From Longimicrobiales bacterium (GTDB lineage Bacteria; Gemmatimonadota; Gemmatimonadetes; Longimicrobiales; Gaopeijiaceae), in assembly GCA_965198065.1 (NCBI GenBank), contig CBDAON010000004.1:1792001-1856000 (forward strand): a stretch of DNA of 64,000 nucleotides, written 5' to 3'. Position 1 is the first letter of the stretch. Each line of letters opens with the position of its first letter. The notes under the pieces are model-generated. The model was not told the DNA's origin. It saw only the letters and a program-made list of their open reading frames with translations, and did no database searches. A program made the translations under genes and the position numbers. Shown here one piece after another: positions 20,094-29,471 of this stretch.

Positions 20094-21137
20094 CTAAGCA
20101 GAGAGGCCCGGAAACGGCAGCCCCGCGTCCGCGCTCACGCCCGGATCTCCCACCTCGCCCCTCGCAAGTCGAAAGGCCGCGGCCCTGGCGACCATGGCGC
20201 CGTTGTCGAGGGCGAGCCGAGGGGACGAGTGGAAGAGGCGTCCGTCCGGCCCCAGGCGACCGCGGATCTCGTCGCGGAGCGCCCGGTTCGCGGACACGCC
20301 CCCACCGAGCAGCACGCGGCGGCACCCCGTGAGATCGACGGCCCGTAGGGTCTTGGCCGACAGCGTCTCGACGACCGCCCCCTGGAAGGCGGCAGCCAGA
20401 TCGGCGCGCTCCTCCGGGAGGCGCCCGGCCTCTTTCACGTCGGCCACGCGCTCGCCCACGGCGGTCTTCAAGCCAGAGAACGAGAAGTCGAGGTAGTCCG
20501 GATCCCCCGGCTCGTCTTCACTCCTGAGCATGGGCCTCGGGAGGTCGAAGCGAGTCGGATCACCGTCCCGGGCCGAGGCCTCGATACGGGGCCCCCCGGG
20601 GTACGGAAGATCGAGCATCCTGGCCGCCTTGTCGAAGGCCTCGCCCGCCGCGTCGTCCCGGGTCTGCCCCAGGAGGCTGTACCGCCCCCACGCCTCGGCG
20701 TGGAGGAGGAGCGTGTGCCCGCCCGAGACGAGGAGGGCAACGAAGGGCGGCTCGGCCTCGGGATCCTCGAGGGACGGGGCGAAGAGGTGGGCCTCCATGT
20801 GATGCACCGGAACCAGGGGCCGCCCCAGCCCGAAGGCCGCTCCCTTCGCCCAGCAGACGCCCACAAGCAACGCCCCGATCAGCCCGGGCCCGGCGGTCAC
20901 GCCGAGCGCTGTCACGTCGTCCAGCGAAGCGTCGGCCCTGCCCAGCGCCTCCGCGACCACGTCGTCCAGCACTGCGAGGTGCGCCCTCGCGGCGAGCTCG
21001 GGTACGACTCCTCCGTAGATCTCGTGGACGTCCTGCGAGAGGATGACGTGCGCCACAAGGTCGCGGCCGTCCCGAAGCAGGGCGGCGGCGGTCTCGTCGC
21101 AAGACGTCTCGATGCCGAGGATCAGCTCCGGCGTCAC
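20094..21137 (-). CDS. tsaD: tRNA N6-adenosine threonylcarbamoyltransferase
   Basis: LGIETSCDET, GGVVPELAARAH, HHMEAH, SGGHT, DDAAGEAFDK, DNGAMVA. Confidence 0.97.
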   Translation of the reverse strand: MTPELILGIETSCDETAAALLRDGRDLVAHVILSQDVHEIYGGVVPELAARAHLAVLDDVVAEALGRADASLDDVTALGVTAGPGLIGALLVGVCWAKGAAFGLGRPLVPVHHMEAHLFAPSLEDPEAEPPFVALLVSGGHTLLLHAEAWGRYSLLGQTRDDAAGEAFDKAARMLDLPYPGGPRIEASARDGDPTRFDLPRPMLRSEDEPGDPDYLDFSFSGLKTAVGERVADVKEAGRLPEERADLAAAFQGAVVETLSAKTLRAVDLTGCRRVLLGGGVSANRALRDEIRGRLGPDGRLFHSSPRLALDNGAMVARAAAFRLARGEVGDPGVSADAGLPFPGLSA

Positions 21138-22099
21138 CGGGGCGGTTCCCCACCGTTCCGCACGACGGCCATGCCCTGCCGCGGCGCGCCGGTGAGGAGC
21201 GGTGGAACCCCGGTGAGCGAGAGCGGGAATTCCCCCTCCGTGCCGGCCGGCGGAATCTCATCGGAGTCGATCTGCACCACGAGGGCAAGGCCGCTCAGGG
21301 CGTCGGATCCTTCCAGGAGCGGACGGGCCCCGCGCAGCACTACGGTGCCGGTCGTCTGCTGGACTTGGAGCCAGGTGCTCGACTGCAGCGCGGAGGGCAG
21401 GAGGACAGGGACGCCGCTCACCTCGGAGTCGACCCGCTCGGCCAACTCGAGCCGGACGCGCACCTCCCACGGAAGCACCTGGAGCCCCCGAACGGCGGAG
21501 GAGTCCACGGGCACCTGGACGGAGCCCGCCTCCGAGATCCCGGACAGGTACAGGGGAGCCAGCGGCACGGACGTGAGTGCGGCAACCCGGCTCCTCGGCC
21601 CGATGACCCCGACCACGTCCGGCTCGACGATCGGCGGAGCGGAGAGGGCCAGCCGCCCCGGCAGCTCGCCGCGGAGATCGAGGGTGGGAGCTAACGTTCT
21701 CCGCTCGACGGGCTCGAGCGTGAGCCGCACCGACGAAGGCTGGATGTCCTCCGCCACGACGCCCTGGCGATCCCCGATCTGCACCCACGCGGTGCTGAGC
21801 TGGACAACGGTGTCGCCCTGGGCGACCTCCTCCAGCGGGATCAGGACCGTGGGCCGGTCGAAGGCCATGCTGATCAGCTGACGGGACGGACCCCCGAACC
21901 GCACGGTTACCGAGGGGGGGATGGGCTCGCTCACGAGCGCCCAGGCCGAGTCGCCGACCATCACCTGCACCGCGACCCCGCTGATCTCCTGACGGTTGGG
22001 GGATTCGGCCCGAACGGCGACCCAGAGGAGGAGGGCAAACCCGAACGCCGAAAGCTTCAGCGTCCAGTTGCGGATCAGGAAGCCCGAAGGGGAGCCCAC
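21134..22099 (-). CDS. YbbR/CdaR-like membrane-anchored protein
   Basis: NWTLKLSAFGFALLLWVAV N-terminal TM followed by repeated P-x-x-V-x-V-x-x-x-GP YbbR-like domains. Confidence 0.75.
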   Translation of the reverse strand: MGSPSGFLIRNWTLKLSAFGFALLLWVAVRAESPNRQEISGVAVQVMVGDSAWALVSEPIPPSVTVRFGGPSRQLISMAFDRPTVLIPLEEVAQGDTVVQLSTAWVQIGDRQGVVAEDIQPSSVRLTLEPVERRTLAPTLDLRGELPGRLALSAPPIVEPDVVGVIGPRSRVAALTSVPLAPLYLSGISEAGSVQVPVDSSAVRGLQVLPWEVRVRLELAERVDSEVSGVPVLLPSALQSSTWLQVQQTTGTVVLRGARPLLEGSDALSGLALVVQIDSDEIPPAGTEGEFPLSLTGVPPLLTGAPRQGMAVVRNGGEPPR

Positions 22100-22105
22100 G
22101 GTTCG

Positions 22106-22669
22106 CTAGGCTCCGCCGCCCACGAGCCGCCGAATGAACGCGACGTTCGCGGGGTGGTCCCACTCCACCGCACCGACCTGCTTCCTGTAGATGATCCCGT
22201 CCCGACCGATCACGAACGACTCAGGTACGCCCGTCGTCTGGTATGTGCGCTGGATCTGTCCCTGAGGGTCGTGCAGGATCGGGAACGTGAGCCCGTACTC
22301 TCTGGCGAAGGCGCCGATGTTCCCCCCGGGCCGTCCTGCCACGTCGGTCTGGCCCATTCGGGCGTCCACGCTCACGGCCACGACCTCGAAGCCCTCGTCA
22401 TGGAGCTGGTCGTAGAGCCGCTGCATGGAGGGCATCTCCTCCTCGCAGGGAACGCACCAAGTGGCCCAGACGTTCAGGAGGACGACGTTTCCCCCAAAGT
22501 CGGCGAGCGATGCTGGTCGCCCGTCCAACGTCAGGGCCTCGAAGTTCGGCGCCTCGTCCCCCGCGGTCACAGTCGGGATCCGGTCGCGGGCGACCCACGC
22601 CGCCACGATCACCGCGAGCGCTACGCTCGACGCGATCACGTAAGGTAGGTTGGAGGGCTTCCTGGTCAT
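22106..22669 (-). CDS. TlpA/ResA-like membrane-anchored thiol-disulfide oxidoreductase
   Basis: LNVWATWCVPCEEEMP (CxxC), GVPESF cis-Pro loop, N-terminal TM. Confidence 0.9.
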   Translation of the reverse strand: MTRKPSNLPYVIASSVALAVIVAAWVARDRIPTVTAGDEAPNFEALTLDGRPASLADFGGNVVLLNVWATWCVPCEEEMPSMQRLYDQLHDEGFEVVAVSVDARMGQTDVAGRPGGNIGAFAREYGLTFPILHDPQGQIQRTYQTTGVPESFVIGRDGIIYRKQVGAVEWDHPANVAFIRRLVGGGA

Positions 22670-22672
22670 GCG

Positions 22673-23485
22673 TCAGAATCCTCGTCCGATCACGATCCAC
22701 ACCGCCGCCCCCGGCGGCACCAGCACGTCCGAGAGGGGGTACTGCTCGAGTACCTCTCCCCCACGGATGAGCGTCAACCGTCGGCCGACGTACGCCACCT
22801 CGAGCCCGAGGGAGTCCAGGACGAGCAGGGCCTCCTCCTCATCGAGCCCCACGAGGTACGGCATCGGGAACGCCGGCGGACCAAGGCTCACAGTGAGCCG
22901 CACGCGGGCCGGGAGAGCGACCTCCGCGCCAGGCACCGGGAAAGTCAGGGCCACCCGTCCCTCGGGAACCTCGGCCTCGAGCGAGTCCACCGCGACGTCG
23001 AAACCCGACGTCTGGAGGAGCGCCACGGCCCGATCGGGTCGCATGCCCAGCACGTCGGGCACCGAACGGTACTCCGGACCCGTGCTCAGCGCGACCTCCA
23101 CCCGCCCGGAGGGAACGGCGAGCTGCCCCGGAAAGGGATCCTGTCCCACCACCTCTCCGCGCACGCGCCACGGGTGGCTGACCGAATCGACGATCCCCAG
23201 GAGGAGCCCCGCTTCGCGGAGCCCGGCCTCCGCCTCCGAGAGAGTCATCCCCCTCAGATCGGGCACACCGCGATACTCCTCGGTCCGGCCCTCGGGGAGG
23301 GGGAAGGTGACGTGTGTGGCATAGACGTACCCGACACTGGACCCGGCCAGGAGCACGACGCCTAAGAGGAGGACGAGGCGCCCGCCCCCGTGCCACGGGC
23401 CCCTCCCCGTCCTCGAAGCCGGCGGCGCGCCAAAGCGGGAGCCGGTGGACGACCGGTTTCGCCTGAGCGACCCTCCCAGTCTCAC
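22673..23485 (-). CDS. Membrane-anchored PASTA-repeat protein (three PASTA domains, no kinase)
   Basis: One TM then VPDLRGM, VPDVLGM and MPYLVGL repeat starts. Confidence 0.88.
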   Translation of the reverse strand: MRLGGSLRRNRSSTGSRFGAPPASRTGRGPWHGGGRLVLLLGVVLLAGSSVGYVYATHVTFPLPEGRTEEYRGVPDLRGMTLSEAEAGLREAGLLLGIVDSVSHPWRVRGEVVGQDPFPGQLAVPSGRVEVALSTGPEYRSVPDVLGMRPDRAVALLQTSGFDVAVDSLEAEVPEGRVALTFPVPGAEVALPARVRLTVSLGPPAFPMPYLVGLDEEEALLVLDSLGLEVAYVGRRLTLIRGGEVLEQYPLSDVLVPPGAAVWIVIGRGF

Positions 23486-24753
23486 TCGCTTCTCCTGAAT
23501 CGGGCGGCGAACGCCCCGTCCGTGCTCAGCTCGCCAGGGATTACCCGAAGTATCGCCGTCTCTCCTTCGAGCGAAAAGTCCAGTCGTCTGGCCAGGAACG
23601 CTTCAACAGCCCCCTCGTTCTCCTCGGTCTCGAGCGTGCACGTCGCATAGATGAGGGCCCCGCCCGGGCGCACGACCCCGGCGGCCCCGTCCAGGATGTG
23701 CGCCTGCACCTCCGCCAGTCGAGCCGGGTCGCCGGGTCGGAGCCGCCACCGCGCGTCCGGGTGGCGAGCGAACGTTGCCGTCCCCGTGCACGGTACGTCG
23801 ACCAGCACCGCGTCCACCTCGGCGAACGGGGGAAGCTCCGCCCGCCCGGCCACCAGTCGCTCGGGAAGGCCGAGCCGGCGAAGCGCCTCCCTCATCTTTA
23901 CGAGTCGGGCGCGAGAGAGGTCCATGGCAAATACCTCGGCCCCGAGGTCCATGAGGGCAATCCCCTTCCCACCGGGCGCGGCGCAGAGGTCGAGGACGCT
24001 CTCTCCCCTCTGCACGGCCGCGTGCTCCACAACGCAGGAGGCGGCGGGATCCTGGACGATGGCGGGAACGGCGCTCAGGGCCCGAGCCGGGTCGCTGCCG
24101 GCTGCCAGCTTGAGCGTCGCCGAGCTGGATGGCCCTACCTCGGCCGGGAGACCCTCCAGGGCGAGGCGCTCGCGAGCACCGGCCAGCGGTACGCCCAGCG
24201 GTCTCAGGAAGAGCTCGGGAGTGCGATTCCCCGCCTCGACCACGTCCCGGGCGCGAGCCGCCCCGAGTCGCTCCACCCATCGCTCGACCAGCCACCGGGG
24301 GTGGGAGCCCCACGTGGCCAGGTGCGCGACCGGGTCTTCTCTGAGAGAGGGGAACCGCTCTAGCCCGCCGCCGGCGTCCGCGAGGACACGGAGCACGGCG
24401 TTTGCGACTCCCGCCCCCTTCGCCCCTCCAACGTCTCGAGCCTGCGCCGCGCTCTGCGAGACGGCGGCGTACGTGGGGACAGACCCCATGGCGAGCAGCT
24501 GATACGACCCCACCCTCAGGACCTGTAGAAGGGGAACGGGCAGCGATTCCAACTCGCGATGGAGGTGGAGGCTCAGGAGAAAATCGAGGCGCCCCCTCAG
24601 CCGGAAGACCCCGTAGATCAGCTCGTGCGCCCATGCCCGATCCACGGGGGGAAGCTCCGGCGCGGCCGCCCCCCAGGCGAGGTCGAGCCGGCGCCCTCGA
24701 TCCACCTCGCGCACGACGGAGAGCGCGACCCTCCGCGCCGAGGTGACGGTCAG
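23482..24753 (-). CDS. rsmB: 16S rRNA m5C967 methyltransferase RsmB/Sun
   Basis: NusB-like N-domain, QDPAS, DLCAAPGGKG, DVPCTG, YATCT. Proposed CTG start at 24753 (ORF track 24714). Confidence 0.92.
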   Translation of the reverse strand: MTVTSARRVALSVVREVDRGRRLDLAWGAAAPELPPVDRAWAHELIYGVFRLRGRLDFLLSLHLHRELESLPVPLLQVLRVGSYQLLAMGSVPTYAAVSQSAAQARDVGGAKGAGVANAVLRVLADAGGGLERFPSLREDPVAHLATWGSHPRWLVERWVERLGAARARDVVEAGNRTPELFLRPLGVPLAGARERLALEGLPAEVGPSSSATLKLAAGSDPARALSAVPAIVQDPAASCVVEHAAVQRGESVLDLCAAPGGKGIALMDLGAEVFAMDLSRARLVKMREALRRLGLPERLVAGRAELPPFAEVDAVLVDVPCTGTATFARHPDARWRLRPGDPARLAEVQAHILDGAAGVVRPGGALIYATCTLETEENEGAVEAFLARRLDFSLEGETAILRVIPGELSTDGAFAARFRRSE

Positions 24754-25577
24754 TCGAGCATCCCCCCGGTGGGAGAGCTGGGGACGGCCACCTCACGGGC
24801 CGGCATCCGGCCGGCGAGGTACGCCAGACGCCCCGAGCGGACGGCGAGACGCATGGCGTGTGCCATCGCCACCGGATCGTCGGCGGCGGCGATCGCCGTG
24901 TTCATCAGGACGCCGTCCACTCCCTGCTCCATCGTGGCGCAGGCGTCCGAGGCCGTCCCTACCCCGGCGTCCACAATCACGGGCGCCCTGAGGCGGGCCT
25001 TGATCTCCCGGATGTAATACGGGTTGATGAGCCCGAGCCCGCTCCCGATCGGGCTCGCGAGCGGCATCACGGCCACGCACCCTGCGTCCTCGAGGCGGAG
25101 CGCCGTGACGAGATCGTCGTTCGTGTACGCGAGGACCTTGAACCCCTCCGCCACGAGGGTCCGCGCGGCGTCGAGAGTGGCCTGCACGTCCGGAAGGAGC
25201 GTGGACTCGTCTCCGATGACCTCGAGCTTCACCCAGTCGCTCAGCCCCGCCGCTCGGCCGAGCCGGGCGTAGCGGAGCGCGTCTTCGGCCGTGTAGCACC
25301 CGGCTGTGTTCGGAAGCAGGAAGAACTCCTCGGGGGTCAGGTGGTGCAGGATCGACTCCTCCTTCGAGCGGTCCAAATCCACCCGCCGGACGGCGACCGT
25401 CACCACATCGGCTCCGCTCGCCCGGATCGCCCGCACCATCGTTTCGTTGTCCCGGTACTTGCCCGTCCCGAGGATCAGCCGGGACTCGAACGTCCGGCCT
25501 CCGATCACGAGCCCTGGGTCACGCGGATCCTCGACCGCTGCGGCCGCGCGCTCGCTCGTCTGCGCTCTCGTCGTCAT
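24750..25577 (-). CDS. thiG: Thiazole synthase
   Basis: [51 protein letters not shown]. Confidence 0.97.
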   Translation of the reverse strand: MTTRAQTSERAAAAVEDPRDPGLVIGGRTFESRLILGTGKYRDNETMVRAIRASGADVVTVAVRRVDLDRSKEESILHHLTPEEFFLLPNTAGCYTAEDALRYARLGRAAGLSDWVKLEVIGDESTLLPDVQATLDAARTLVAEGFKVLAYTNDDLVTALRLEDAGCVAVMPLASPIGSGLGLINPYYIREIKARLRAPVIVDAGVGTASDACATMEQGVDGVLMNTAIAAADDPVAMAHAMRLAVRSGRLAYLAGRMPAREVAVPSSPTGGMLD

Positions 25578-25816
25578 CGATGCGTCCCTCCCCCCACGAA
25601 GTGCACGAGCTCCAAGCTGTCGCCGTCCGCGAGGGTCGTCCGCTCGTAGCTCTTCCGCTCGACGATCTCTCGATTCCTCTCCACGACCACGAGCGCCGGC
25701 TCGAGATCGAGCTGCTCAAGCAGACCGGTGATGGTGGTGCCCTCCCGAACCCACCGCTTCCTACCGTTCACCTGGAGCCAGATCTGGGTTCCGCCGTCAC
25801 ACTTCCCTTCCGACAC
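25574..25816 (-). CDS. thiS: Sulfur carrier protein ThiS
   Basis: VNG...[10 protein letters not shown]...[13 protein letters not shown], followed by a 3-residue extension (THR). Confidence 0.93.
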   Translation of the reverse strand: MSEGKCDGGTQIWLQVNGRKRWVREGTTITGLLEQLDLEPALVVVERNREIVERKSYERTTLADGDSLELVHFVGGGTHR

Positions 25817-26483
25817 GCGTCCCCCCCTCGGCTGCCCCCGCTTCGGCCGCCGCCTCGATGCCGGCCAGGAGCTCCCGGACGGCCAGCACCGGCTCGCTCA
25901 CCCCCCACACAGCCCTCACCACCGCGATCCCGTGCGCCCCGGTCCGGACGAGCGCACCAGCCGTGTCCGGGGTGACGCCTCCAATGGCGAGAACGGGCGT
26001 CTCTCCCGCCCCCTCCAGCAAGACACGGAAGCCCGAGACCCCGTGGCCCGACTGCCCCGGGTGGGAAGGGGTCGGAAAGACCGTCCCAACGTGCAGGTAG
26101 TCCACGTCCGGCGCGAGCTCCCGCACCTCAGTCGTGTCGTGCGCGGAGCGCCCGAGGAGGGAGCCGGGCCCCAGGATGGCGCGCGTCGCCTCGGGCGGAA
26201 GGCTCCGGCTCCCCAGGTGGACGCCGGAAGCTCCGAGCGCCAGGGCCAGGTCGATGCGGTCGTTCACCAGAAGGGGGACCTGGTGCTCCCGGGCCGCAGG
26301 CAGGAGCCCCATCCCGAGCTCCCAGAGGCGCCGCCCGGTCGCCCCGGGGCCCCTCAGGTGGAAGGCGATGCGCCCTCGTCCCGCCTCGATCACCCCACGG
26401 GCGCGCTCGCCGAACCGATCCCCAGCGAGGACCCGGTCGTCGGTCACGACGTGGAGGCGCGGAACCGCCGCTCGCGACGTCAC
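25797..26483 (-). CDS. Thiamine phosphate synthase family protein, probably TenI-like
   Basis: [23 protein letters not shown] fold motifs; several ThiE active-site residues are replaced (see findings). Confidence 0.8.
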   Translation of the reverse strand: MTSRAAVPRLHVVTDDRVLAGDRFGERARGVIEAGRGRIAFHLRGPGATGRRLWELGMGLLPAAREHQVPLLVNDRIDLALALGASGVHLGSRSLPPEATRAILGPGSLLGRSAHDTTEVRELAPDVDYLHVGTVFPTPSHPGQSGHGVSGFRVLLEGAGETPVLAIGGVTPDTAGALVRTGAHGIAVVRAVWGVSEPVLAVRELLAGIEAAAEAGAAEGGTRVGREV

Positions 26484-27418
26484 GTAAAGCGAGCGCCGGA
26501 GAGGGGCTCGCGCCCTCGCAGCCAGGCAGCCGAACCCATTCGCCTCCGACCCGCGGGCTGGACCTCGTCCAGGCGGAGCCTCCCACCCTGTCCGGTCGCC
26601 ACCTGGAGCTCCCCGGCGGGGGCTGGCTCGAGGAGCGTCCCTGGCGCCGCGTCCGTCGTGCCGTCCAGAACGGCGGGGGAAAAGAGCTTAATGGGCTCGC
26701 CGTCCAGCGTCGTCCACGCCCCGGGAACGGCGTCCATCCCGCGGACGTGGTTGGCCACGTCCACCGGTGGCCGCGACCAGTCGATCCGGGCAATCTCGCG
26801 GCTCACTTTCGGGGCATAGGTGGCCAGGGCGTCTTTCTGGGGGCGAGGTTCGAGCGCCCCCGACTCCAGGAGCGCGAGCGCCTCGACGAGGGCCTCCGCG
26901 CCTAGCTCGGCCAGCCTCAGGTAGAGCCCCAACGCGGTGTCGCTCTCCAGGATGGGGAGCTCTCGCTGGAGCAGGATTGGCCCCTCGTCCATGCCCTCGG
27001 TCATCTGCATGACCGTCACGCCCGTGCGCTCGAGGCCTCGCACCAGCGCCCAGTGGACGGGCGCGGCGCCCCGAAGCTCGGGGAGGAGGGAGGCGTGCAC
27101 GTTCAGCGAGCCGCGCTCGGGCGCTTCCAGCAGCGCAAGCGGCAGAATGTGGCCGTACGCAACGACCACCGACACCTCGGGCTCTAGGGCCCGGATCTCG
27201 TCCGCGAATCGGGCATCGGCCCTGGGACGCTCGGGCGTGAGCACCGGGAGCTCTTCCTCGAGCGCGACCGTCTTCACCTCCGAGGCCTTGGGCTTCCGAC
27301 CCCGTCCCGCCTCGCGATCGGGTCGGGTCACGACGCCCACCACATCGTGCCCCTCGCCGACGAGCGCCAGCAGGGACGGCACCGCGAAGCTGGGAGTGCC
27401 CCAGAAGAGAATCCTCAG
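26480..27418 (-). CDS. fmt: Methionyl-tRNA formyltransferase
   Basis: RILFWGTPSFA, VVAYG, SLNVHASLLPELRGAAP, MDEGPI. Proposed CTG start at 27418. Confidence 0.95.
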   Translation of the reverse strand: MRILFWGTPSFAVPSLLALVGEGHDVVGVVTRPDREAGRGRKPKASEVKTVALEEELPVLTPERPRADARFADEIRALEPEVSVVVAYGHILPLALLEAPERGSLNVHASLLPELRGAAPVHWALVRGLERTGVTVMQMTEGMDEGPILLQRELPILESDTALGLYLRLAELGAEALVEALALLESGALEPRPQKDALATYAPKVSREIARIDWSRPPVDVANHVRGMDAVPGAWTTLDGEPIKLFSPAVLDGTTDAAPGTLLEPAPAGELQVATGQGGRLRLDEVQPAGRRRMGSAAWLRGREPLSGARFT

Positions 27419-27927
27419 CGCTTCGCCTCCAGATTCCGGTACTTCTGGAGCAGGATACTTCGCTTGAGGGGTGAGAGCCGATCGATGAAGAGGACGCCGT
27501 TCACGTGGTCCACCTCGTGCTGGAGGACCCGGGCGAGGAGCCCCTCGGCCTCTACCTGCACCGGCTTCCCGTCCGGGTCGAGTCCCTCGATGGTCACGCG
27601 TGCCGGGCGCGCGACAATCTCGCTCACGCCCGGAACGCTCAAGCAGCCCTCCGATCCGCGATCGATTTCGTCGCTCTGCTCGACGAGCTCAGGGTTCGCG
27701 AGCGCGAGCCGGACCGGCGTGGCGCCCTCCTCTTCCGCCACCTCCACGACGATCACGCGGCGGCGCACGCCCACCTGGGGAGCCGCGAGTCCCGCTCCCT
27801 CGGCGACGTACATGGTGTCAAACATGTCCCGGACGAGGTCTCGGAGCTCGTCGTCGAAGAGCTCCACGGGCTCCGCCCGCTCCCGAAGGATCGGGTCGCC
27901 AAGGAGGACGACCTCACGTACCGACAT
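27415..27927 (-). CDS. def: Peptide deformylase
   Basis: GAGLAAPQ, EGCLS and QHEVDH motifs. Confidence 0.97.
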   Translation of the reverse strand: MSVREVVLLGDPILRERAEPVELFDDELRDLVRDMFDTMYVAEGAGLAAPQVGVRRRVIVVEVAEEEGATPVRLALANPELVEQSDEIDRGSEGCLSVPGVSEIVARPARVTIEGLDPDGKPVQVEAEGLLARVLQHEVDHVNGVLFIDRLSPLKRSILLQKYRNLEAKR

Positions 27928-28234
27928 CGTCCGCGACCATCATACGGCTCACCTTGCCTCGCTCGATCACGACACGGGTGTTTTCCGCCGTCTTCAAGGT
28001 CAGCCGATCTCCGTCCACGTGCACGATCGTTCCGATGATCCCTCCCACGGTAGCGATCTCGTCCCCCTTCTTCAGCGCCGCGATCATCGCGGCCTGCCGC
28101 TGGCGCTCCTTGCGCTGCGGCCGAATGAGGAGCCAGTAGAAGATGAGGCCGATCAGGAGCAGCTGAACCAGCAGGAAGGAAAGCGGATTCCCACCATCCG
28201 CCTGGACCACCATGAGGCCATACGAGAGGTACAT
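27914..28234 (-). CDS. yajC: Preprotein translocase subunit YajC
   Basis: IFYWLLIRPQRK...LKKGDEIATVGGIIG; directly downstream of tgt. Confidence 0.93.
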   Translation of the reverse strand: MYLSYGLMVVQADGGNPLSFLLVQLLLIGLIFYWLLIRPQRKERQRQAAMIAALKKGDEIATVGGIIGTIVHVDGDRLTLKTAENTRVVIERGKVSRMMVADDVGT

Positions 28235-28316
28235 CACCTGCGGCTCCCTCCGCGTTCGCGTGACGGCCGACGCGCTACACTCCCCCTGGGCACACGGCGG
28301 CCGCCCGGGAGAGTGA

Positions 28317-29471
28317 TTACCCCCGCCCGGCCCGGTACCGTTCCAGCCACTCGCCGGACCAGGCCCTGAACTCCCCCGCCCGAATCTTCCGTCGGGACTC
28401 CTCCGCGAGCCGGAGCAGGAAGCGAAGGTTGTGGATCGAGAGGAGCCGATGCGCGAAGGCTTCGCCCACCACGGTCAGGTGTCGGAGGTAAGCCCGGTCA
28501 AACGTCCGGCAGCAAGCCGCGTCGCAATGCGGGTCCAACGGCCCCCCGTCGAGTCGGAAGCGCTGGGACTTGAGGTTCACCTGCCCCTCCTCGGTGACCC
28601 AGGCCGTCCCGTGTCGAGCGTTCCGAGTGGGGGCGACGCAGTCGAAGAGATCGCACCCTCGAGCGATGGCCTCGAGGAGGTCGTCCGGATACCCCACCCC
28701 CATCAGATATCGGGGGACGTCACTCGGAAGCTCGTCGTCCAGGAGCTCGAGGATCTCCCACATCCGATCCTTTTCCTCACCTACCGAAAGCCCCCCGATC
28801 CCGTACCCGTGCCACGCCCCGGCAGCCCGCACGGAGCGCGCATGCTCCCGTCGGAGCTCGTGATAGACGTTACCCTGAAGGACGGGCATGAGGCTCTGCC
28901 GGGGCAGGCCGTCGAGCTCGGAGAGCGCCTCGAAACGCTTCAGGCAGCGCTCGAGCCACCGGAGGGTGCGGGCGTTAGCGGCCCGAGCCACGTCGGCAGC
29001 GCACCCGCCGGGCGGGCACTCGTCCAGCGCCATTATCACGTCGGCCCCGAGCCGTCTCTGGATGTCCACAACCTTTTCGGGCGTGAAAAGGTGTCGGGAC
29101 CCGTCCAAGTGGTTCTGGAAATCGACCCCGTCGTCACGAATCTCCCGGATGCTCGCCAGAGAGAAGACCTGGTAGCCACCCGAATCGGTAAGGATCGGCC
29201 CGTTCCACCGCATGAACGCGTGGAGACCGCCGAGCTCTCCCACCTCCTCGTGTCCGGGTCTCAGGTACAGGTGGTAGGTGTTCGCGAGGACCATCGTGGC
29301 GCCCACCGCAACGACTTCGTCCGGAGAGAGGGTCTTCACGGCCCCGAGCGTCCCCACCGGCATGAACTGGGGTGTCTCGACCGGCCCGTGGGGCGTCCAG
29401 AACGTGCCGGCTCGGGCCGCCCCGTCCGTGGCCGTCAGCTGGAATGAGAAAGGCTCGCGCGAGGACGTCAC
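28317..29471 (-). CDS. tgt: tRNA-guanine transglycosylase
   Basis: TPQFMPVGT, NTYHLYLRPG, LTDSGGYQVFSL, GGLSVGE, FDCVAPTR, Zn-site Cys/His. Confidence 0.97.
   Translation of the reverse strand: MTSSREPFSFQLTATDGAARAGTFWTPHGPVETPQFMPVGTLGAVKTLSPDEVVAVGATMVLANTYHLYLRPGHEEVGELGGLHAFMRWNGPILTDSGGYQVFSLASIREIRDDGVDFQNHLDGSRHLFTPEKVVDIQRRLGADVIMALDECPPGGCAADVARAANARTLRWLERCLKRFEALSELDGLPRQSLMPVLQGNVYHELRREHARSVRAAGAWHGYGIGGLSVGEEKDRMWEILELLDDELPSDVPRYLMGVGYPDDLLEAIARGCDLFDCVAPTRNARHGTAWVTEEGQVNLKSQRFRLDGGPLDPHCDAACCRTFDRAYLRHLTVVGEAFAHRLLSIHNLRFLLRLAEESRRKIRAGEFRAWSGEWLERYRAGRG

Noticed and set aside
26470..26500. TPP riboswitch before the thi genes
   Set aside because: fmt overlaps the next gene, leaving no leader, and no TPP aptamer core was seen there.
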